From contig JAZNNR010000005.1 in NCBI GenBank assembly GCA_045580325.1, positions 3,504 to 67,503 of the forward strand: a DNA stretch of 64,000 bases, in the 5' to 3' direction. Both the position numbers and the translations under genes were made by a program. The notes under the pieces are model-generated. The model did not search any database, was not told the DNA's origin, and saw only the letters and a program-made list of their open reading frames with translations. The number at the start of each line of letters is the position of its first letter. Positions within the stretch are counted from its first letter, which is position 1. This document shows, piece by piece, positions 60,063 to 64,000 of this stretch. The stretch is from Eubacteriales bacterium. Its GTDB lineage: Bacteria > Bacillota > Clostridia > Oscillospirales > CAG-272.

Positions 60063-60371
60063 TTATTTTTCCCTTTTTGAAACAATGCGAACGATAATGC
60101 CGAAGATAATTTGAACAGCACTTATACCAAGTGGAATAAAAAGCATATATTTTCCAATTTGTCTTACGTATATGTCATCGGAAATAAGAGCAAAAACGCC
60201 CAATAGCATTGCAAACAACAGTAAGGCAGAAAACACCCAAACAAGAACTCTTAAAACAGTTCGAAAGGTACGCGAAAAATATCGTTCGGGAATGATCCAT
60301 TCCATTAAGAAAAACCAACCTTCAATAATTGCATCGCCCAATAGTTCCAAAGGAAAAAACAAGCATCCCAT
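60063..60371 (-). CDS. small membrane protein (3 TM)
   Basis: 102 aa. Its leader is similar to that of 59451-59831. Confidence 0.5.
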   Translation of the reverse strand: MGCLFFPLELLGDAIIEGWFFLMEWIIPERYFSRTFRTVLRVLVWVFSALLLFAMLLGVFALISDDIYVRQIGKYMLFIPLGISAVQIIFGIIVRIVSKREK

Positions 60372-60635
60372 ATCTCTACCGCCTTTCTGGTTTTATTATA
60401 TCACAGTTTTCGGCGTTTTTCAAGACTCTACGGCGAAAAGGCGGGGGAAAGTTTTAAATGAAGCATCGCCTTTCGGCAATATGATATTTTTCGCTTCGCT
60501 CAAAATGATGTTGCGCCACTTCGTGCCGCAATGATGCGATGTTTGCCATAAAATGTGGCGAAGCCACGCATCATTAGGCAAAGCCGTCATCACTCGGCGA
60601 AGCCAACATCATTTGCCGAAGGCAAACATCATTTC

Positions 60636-60664
60636 CAAAACAAAAAGCACTGCTTTCGCAGTGC
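60636..60664 (-). terminator. terminator downstream of tRNA-Thr
   Basis: GCACTGC-GAAA-GCAGTGC followed by a T-run on the minus strand. Confidence 0.7.
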
Positions 60665-60673
60665 TTTTCGTTT

Positions 60674-60749
<76 letters not shown>

Positions 60750-60868
60750 AAATATTAAATTAAATACCTTAAATGCGGTACTTACGCATTATACCAAAAG
60801 ATTTTTGATTTGTCAATAGATTTTACCGAAAAAATTTGCTTTTTCGATAAAATCTATTTTACTAAATA

Positions 60869-61459
60869 TCATATTTTTCTTTTAGTCATAAGGAAACGCT
60901 TGTTTTTCCTTGCAAGAGCATATTTTTTTATGTCGCCGTCAAAAACCACGTTTCCTTTAACGATCTTAGAGAGATCGTCGGGGTTCACAAGGGTATAGGC
61001 CTTGTTTATAGGGCATATTCCGTAAATATCAAGCGTCTCAGCAACGAACTGTGAGCAGGTATACTTCCCGTCGGGTGCGTAATCTTTCTTAAGCAGATAG
61101 AAAAAGAAGCCTATCATATTGTATTTATGTTCTTTTTTATTTACCCAAAAGTCGATAAGTCTGCGCTTTACGTTTGCATACTGTTCGTCGCTTACGGGGA
61201 TTTCTACGATTCTGCCGCGCAGGGAATCGCAGTGGCTGTAAAAGCTCTTGTCAAGCTCTTCGCGCAGATAACAGCCGATAAAAGGGAAGTATGAGTATTT
61301 TCTTCCGAAAGAAAACATATGTCCAAGGTCGCGGTCAAGTGTCAGCGAGCAGTGCGTAAACTCACCGCCCGTGAAAAAGCCGATAGTTTCAGACACGATA
61401 GACTTAGGGTGTGAAAATACCACGTATATATATTTTTGAGGCGATGTGTTTTTTTGCAT
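60869..61459 (-). CDS. possible permuted papain-fold (YiiX/YaeF-like) protein
   Basis: 196 aa. GEFTHCSL and YTCSQFVAETL resemble that family. The assignment is tentative. Confidence 0.45.
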   Translation of the reverse strand: MQKNTSPQKYIYVVFSHPKSIVSETIGFFTGGEFTHCSLTLDRDLGHMFSFGRKYSYFPFIGCYLREELDKSFYSHCDSLRGRIVEIPVSDEQYANVKRRLIDFWVNKKEHKYNMIGFFFYLLKKDYAPDGKYTCSQFVAETLDIYGICPINKAYTLVNPDDLSKIVKGNVVFDGDIKKYALARKNKRFLMTKRKI

Positions 61460-61589
61460 ACTAAACCTCTCAGTAATCGTTGTATAATATAATTATACAT
61501 ATTTTAATGAAAAAGTCAACCTTAATTTGATAATTACCGAAAACGGAGCAATTTTTTCGAAAAAATATTTATTTTATAGAGAAAAACTG

Positions 61590-61618
61590 TTGATTTTTTG
61601 ATTTTGCTGTGCTATAAT
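61590..61618 (+). promoter_or_regulatory. sigmaA promoter for tRNA-Leu
   Basis: TTGATT, 17-nt spacer, TGcTATAAT. Confidence 0.6.
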
Positions 61619-61630
61619 GTGTAAGCACTT

Positions 61631-61714
61631 GCCGGTGTGGTGGAATTGGCAGACGCGTCGGACTCAAAATCCGATGGTAGCAATACCGTGCGGGTTCGAC
61701 CCCCGCCACCGGCA
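61631..61714 (+). tRNA. tRNA-Leu (anticodon CAA), CCA not encoded
   Basis: GCCGGTG acceptor stem, loop CTCAAAA, long variable arm, GGTTCGACCCC T-arm. Confidence 0.9.
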
Positions 61715-61813
61715 TTAAAGACTTTCACAAAGGTGGGAGTCTTTTTTGTTGCTTTGTTTACAAAGCGCAGTAAGCGTGCTATATTATTCGCAGACTATTT
61801 TTGTGAGGAAATT

Positions 61814-62368
61814 ATGGAAGGGATAGAAATAATTGCGCAGGCTGTTGGAATCGTAGGTATGACCTTTAATATACTCTCTTATCAGCCTAAAACCAAGAAA
61901 AACGTGCTTATTCTTCAGCTTATCGGCGCGGCATTTTTTACAGTCAATTTCTTTTTACTTAAAGCCATCACAGGAGCGGTGCTCAATATAGTTAACGTTG
62001 CGCTTGCGCTTGTTTTTGCGTTTAAGGAAAAGACACGCGCAGATCATCCTGCGTGGGCGGTAGGCTTTTGCGCGGCATATATATGCTCTTACGTTCTGAC
62101 CTTTACACTGTTTGGATTAGAGCCTACTACGGCAAATCTTATAATAGAGATTTTTCCTGTAATAGGAACGCTTCTTACAGTGCTGAGCTATAAAATGAAG
62201 GACGCAAAGGCGATTAGAAAAATAGGACTTGTCCGTTCTCCCGCTTGGCTGATGTATAATATTTTTGTCTTCTCAATAGGCGGAATTATATGCGAGGTAG
62301 TTACTATTGTATCGATAATTATAGCTATGATAAGGCTTGATATTAAAAAAGAAGGGTCAGAAACATAA
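61814..62368 (+). CDS. YgjV-family inner membrane protein
   Basis: ORF trimmed to ATG 61814 because the track ORF runs through the tRNA. IIAQAVGIVGMTFNILSYQ. Five or six TM segments. Confidence 0.65.
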   Translation: MEGIEIIAQAVGIVGMTFNILSYQPKTKKNVLILQLIGAAFFTVNFFLLKAITGAVLNIVNVALALVFAFKEKTRADHPAWAVGFCAAYICSYVLTFTLFGLEPTTANLIIEIFPVIGTLLTVLSYKMKDAKAIRKIGLVRSPAWLMYNIFVFSIGGIICEVVTIVSIIIAMIRLDIKKEGSET

Positions 62369-62477
62369 ATTCTTACCTTCTAAATGACACTAAAAAACCG
62401 ATATGGACTAAATTCCATATCGGTTTTTGTTATGTGATGGGCGCACAGACATATTAAATATTTTACGTCCTAATTGC

Positions 62478-63695
62478 TCACTCTCCGCGCCTGTCAACAA
62501 CCAGAGTAGAGTGTTGCGAGATACATTCAATAGACGTTCCCTTGATATGTCCGATGTGAATATCGGCACAACCGTCAGCATTTAAGTCTGCATTCCTTAC
62601 ACTCAGCTTTTGAGCAGAAATGTTACCGCTGCCCTTGATTTGTGCTTTAAGTGTTTCTATCTCACCACTGGCAGAAATATCGCCGCTGCCGCTTATGGTA
62701 ACATCCAGCGCGGTGCTTATATCATCGATAGATACACTACCGCTTCCTGCAATCGCCGCCTTTACATCGCTTGCACGCTTCATCGAAATACAGCCGCTTC
62801 CTGAAATAGTGAAGTTAGCGTGTTCCTTGGCTTCAGCGTAAGTAACCGCGCCGCTTCCGGAGATTGAAGTAGTTAAACTGCCTGCAGACGAACCGGTAAT
62901 ATCGCCGGATCCGCTAATACGGAAAGTGGCAGTGTCAAATGTAGGATCGATCAAACAGTCACCACAACCGCTGATAGCAACCGTAAGTTCTTTGCCGTGT
63001 TCAAACGGAACAGAGATAACAATGCGATTGTTTTCGCCATTATTATCGCTAGCGTTTTTTCTCGTTACCTCTAATGTACTGCCGTGTATATCATATTTAA
63101 GAGCGTTAATAAAGTATGCTGATCCCTCTGCGCGAAGATGAGCAACTCCGTCGGTGGATTTCTCAATTACACCGCTGCAACAGCCGTTAAGTTCGAGATA
63201 TATCGAACAAAAACTGCCAAGTTCTACATCGAGTTCCGTTGGCGCATCGGCGGTGAACTGAGAGAGACGTTTCTCAGGCTGATAGATTGTAATTTCTCCT
63301 ATACCGCAGTTACGAACAGTGGCACTGACTAAGTCTGCCGTGCTGCCGTCGGCAAAATAGACAACTCCTGCGTCTTTGTCAATGCGGTTAATTTCCTTTG
63401 AGGAGTAACACGCGCGATGATCTCGCGAGCATATAAAGGGCATACCACGATGCTCGGTAGGAAATTCAATATATTTGTTTGCTGTACTTGTTTTTACCCC
63501 GAAAAGCGCATCGATAGATACACCGAGCGTGCTTGCAATGGCAGGGAACAAGGTTACGTCGGGAAGTCCGATTCCGTTTTCCCATTTAGATACGGCTTGG
63601 GCGGTAATACCCAGCCTCGCGGCAAAAGCTTCTTGTGTCAAGTTAGCTTCTTTTCTTTTTTTGGCAATTAGTGCGCCAAATTCAGTTACATTCAT
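62478..63695 (-). CDS. XRE-family HTH protein fused to a GSG-repeat beta-solenoid-like domain (DUF2807/DUF4097-like)
   Basis: LTQEAFAARLGITAQAVSKWENG at the N-terminus. Repeated GSGD/GSGxV(I)S motifs toward the C-terminus. ATG 63695 follows GAGGA. Confidence 0.7.
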   Translation of the reverse strand: MNVTEFGALIAKKRKEANLTQEAFAARLGITAQAVSKWENGIGLPDVTLFPAIASTLGVSIDALFGVKTSTANKYIEFPTEHRGMPFICSRDHRACYSSKEINRIDKDAGVVYFADGSTADLVSATVRNCGIGEITIYQPEKRLSQFTADAPTELDVELGSFCSIYLELNGCCSGVIEKSTDGVAHLRAEGSAYFINALKYDIHGSTLEVTRKNASDNNGENNRIVISVPFEHGKELTVAISGCGDCLIDPTFDTATFRISGSGDITGSSAGSLTTSISGSGAVTYAEAKEHANFTISGSGCISMKRASDVKAAIAGSGSVSIDDISTALDVTISGSGDISASGEIETLKAQIKGSGNISAQKLSVRNADLNADGCADIHIGHIKGTSIECISQHSTLVVDRRGE

Positions 63696-63822
63696 GATTA
63701 TTATCCTCATTTTTTTGAGATTTCGTGATCACAACCATATTATAACGTAAAATCAGAAGAAAATCAATAACCGCTAGGTTTAATTTACTCATAGAGTTTT
63801 ACTCATTAAATACGGCAAGATA

Positions 63823-63872
63823 CAAAAAACTCAACGCACAGTTGTAATAGTGTAGTTCAACTGCGCGTTGAG
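63823..63872 (-). terminator. terminator for the partial gene at the window end
   Basis: CTCAACGCGCAGTTG...CAACTGTGCGTTGAG followed by TTTTTTG on the minus strand. Confidence 0.65.
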
Positions 63873-63926
63873 TCGGTGCGGGAAGGATGGAGATGACTCC
63901 TTCTCAGGTTATCACATTTAAATTTT

Positions 63927-64000
63927 TCACTTATACTCCATATAAACCTTTCCGTCAAGGTCTTTCCAAAGAAACTCGCCGTTCTCGAGGGTCATATAAC
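63927..64000 (-). CDS. 3' end of an unidentified gene running in from beyond the window
   Basis: Open frame ..YMTLENGEFLWKDLDGKVYMEYK with stop TGA at 63929-63927, followed by a terminator. Confidence 0.3.
   Translation of the reverse strand, partial: YMTLENGEFLWKDLDGKVYMEYK

Noticed and set aside
61637-61813. N-terminal extension of the YgjV-like ORF
   Set aside because: It overlaps tRNA-Leu and its downstream hairpin. The conserved protein starts at ATG 61814.

Overview
This 64-kb window looks like a chromosome segment from a low-to-moderate-GC Firmicute. Gene content suggests a Clostridia or Ruminococcus-like organism, but that is inferred, not verified.

**Accessory region (about 1-18.7 kb).** It starts with the 3' part of a type I hsdR gene. 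Next comes a visibly GC-richer integrative-element backbone next to tRNA-Ser(CGA). The backbone holds small ORFs, an iteron-like repeat array, a RepA/AAA_25-like ATPase with an in-frame TAA, a ribbon-helix-helix (RHH)-like protein, an excisionase-type HTH protein and a tyrosine integrase. An AT-rich cassette of about 10 kb (3.1-13.4 kb) is nested inside this backbone.

**Top candidate for an undescribed system (the cassette).**
- It begins with a Hin/Gin-like small serine recombinase.
- Directly after that gene is a 147-bp segment bounded by two 26-bp hix-like sites in inverted orientation.
- The best sigmaA-type promoter in the segment currently points away from the downstream genes, so the switch appears to be OFF.
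- Downstream is a tight 7-gene operon: an 894-aa HerA/FtsK-type ATPase, an acidic-tailed EsaD/YeeF-type nuclease with no adjacent immunity gene, an SPFH-SHOCT protein, three Zn-ribbon/TPR-like paralogues and a 4-TM protein.

**Rest of the window (mostly housekeeping).**
- An ABC/GldG-like/DUF4340-like operon, dgt-dnaG-rpoD, and rpsL-rpsG-fusA-tuf.
- An FMN riboswitch upstream of ribU and a SAM-I riboswitch upstream of metK.
- recD2-comFC, tRNA-fMet, glnA, GH43/SGNH/fucO, GH2 and a LOG-family gene.
- tRNA-Thr and tRNA-Leu.

**Smaller oddities in the housekeeping part.**
- A 2-kb insert after tRNA-fMet, bracketed by near-identical terminator hairpins, with tRNA-fragment debris and an AAA ATPase gene pair.
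- A tRNA-Ser-like remnant.
- Tandem paralogue families of membrane proteins.
- A two-armed short-repeat cluster beside tRNA-Thr.

All product calls come from motif recognition by eye. No database search was run.
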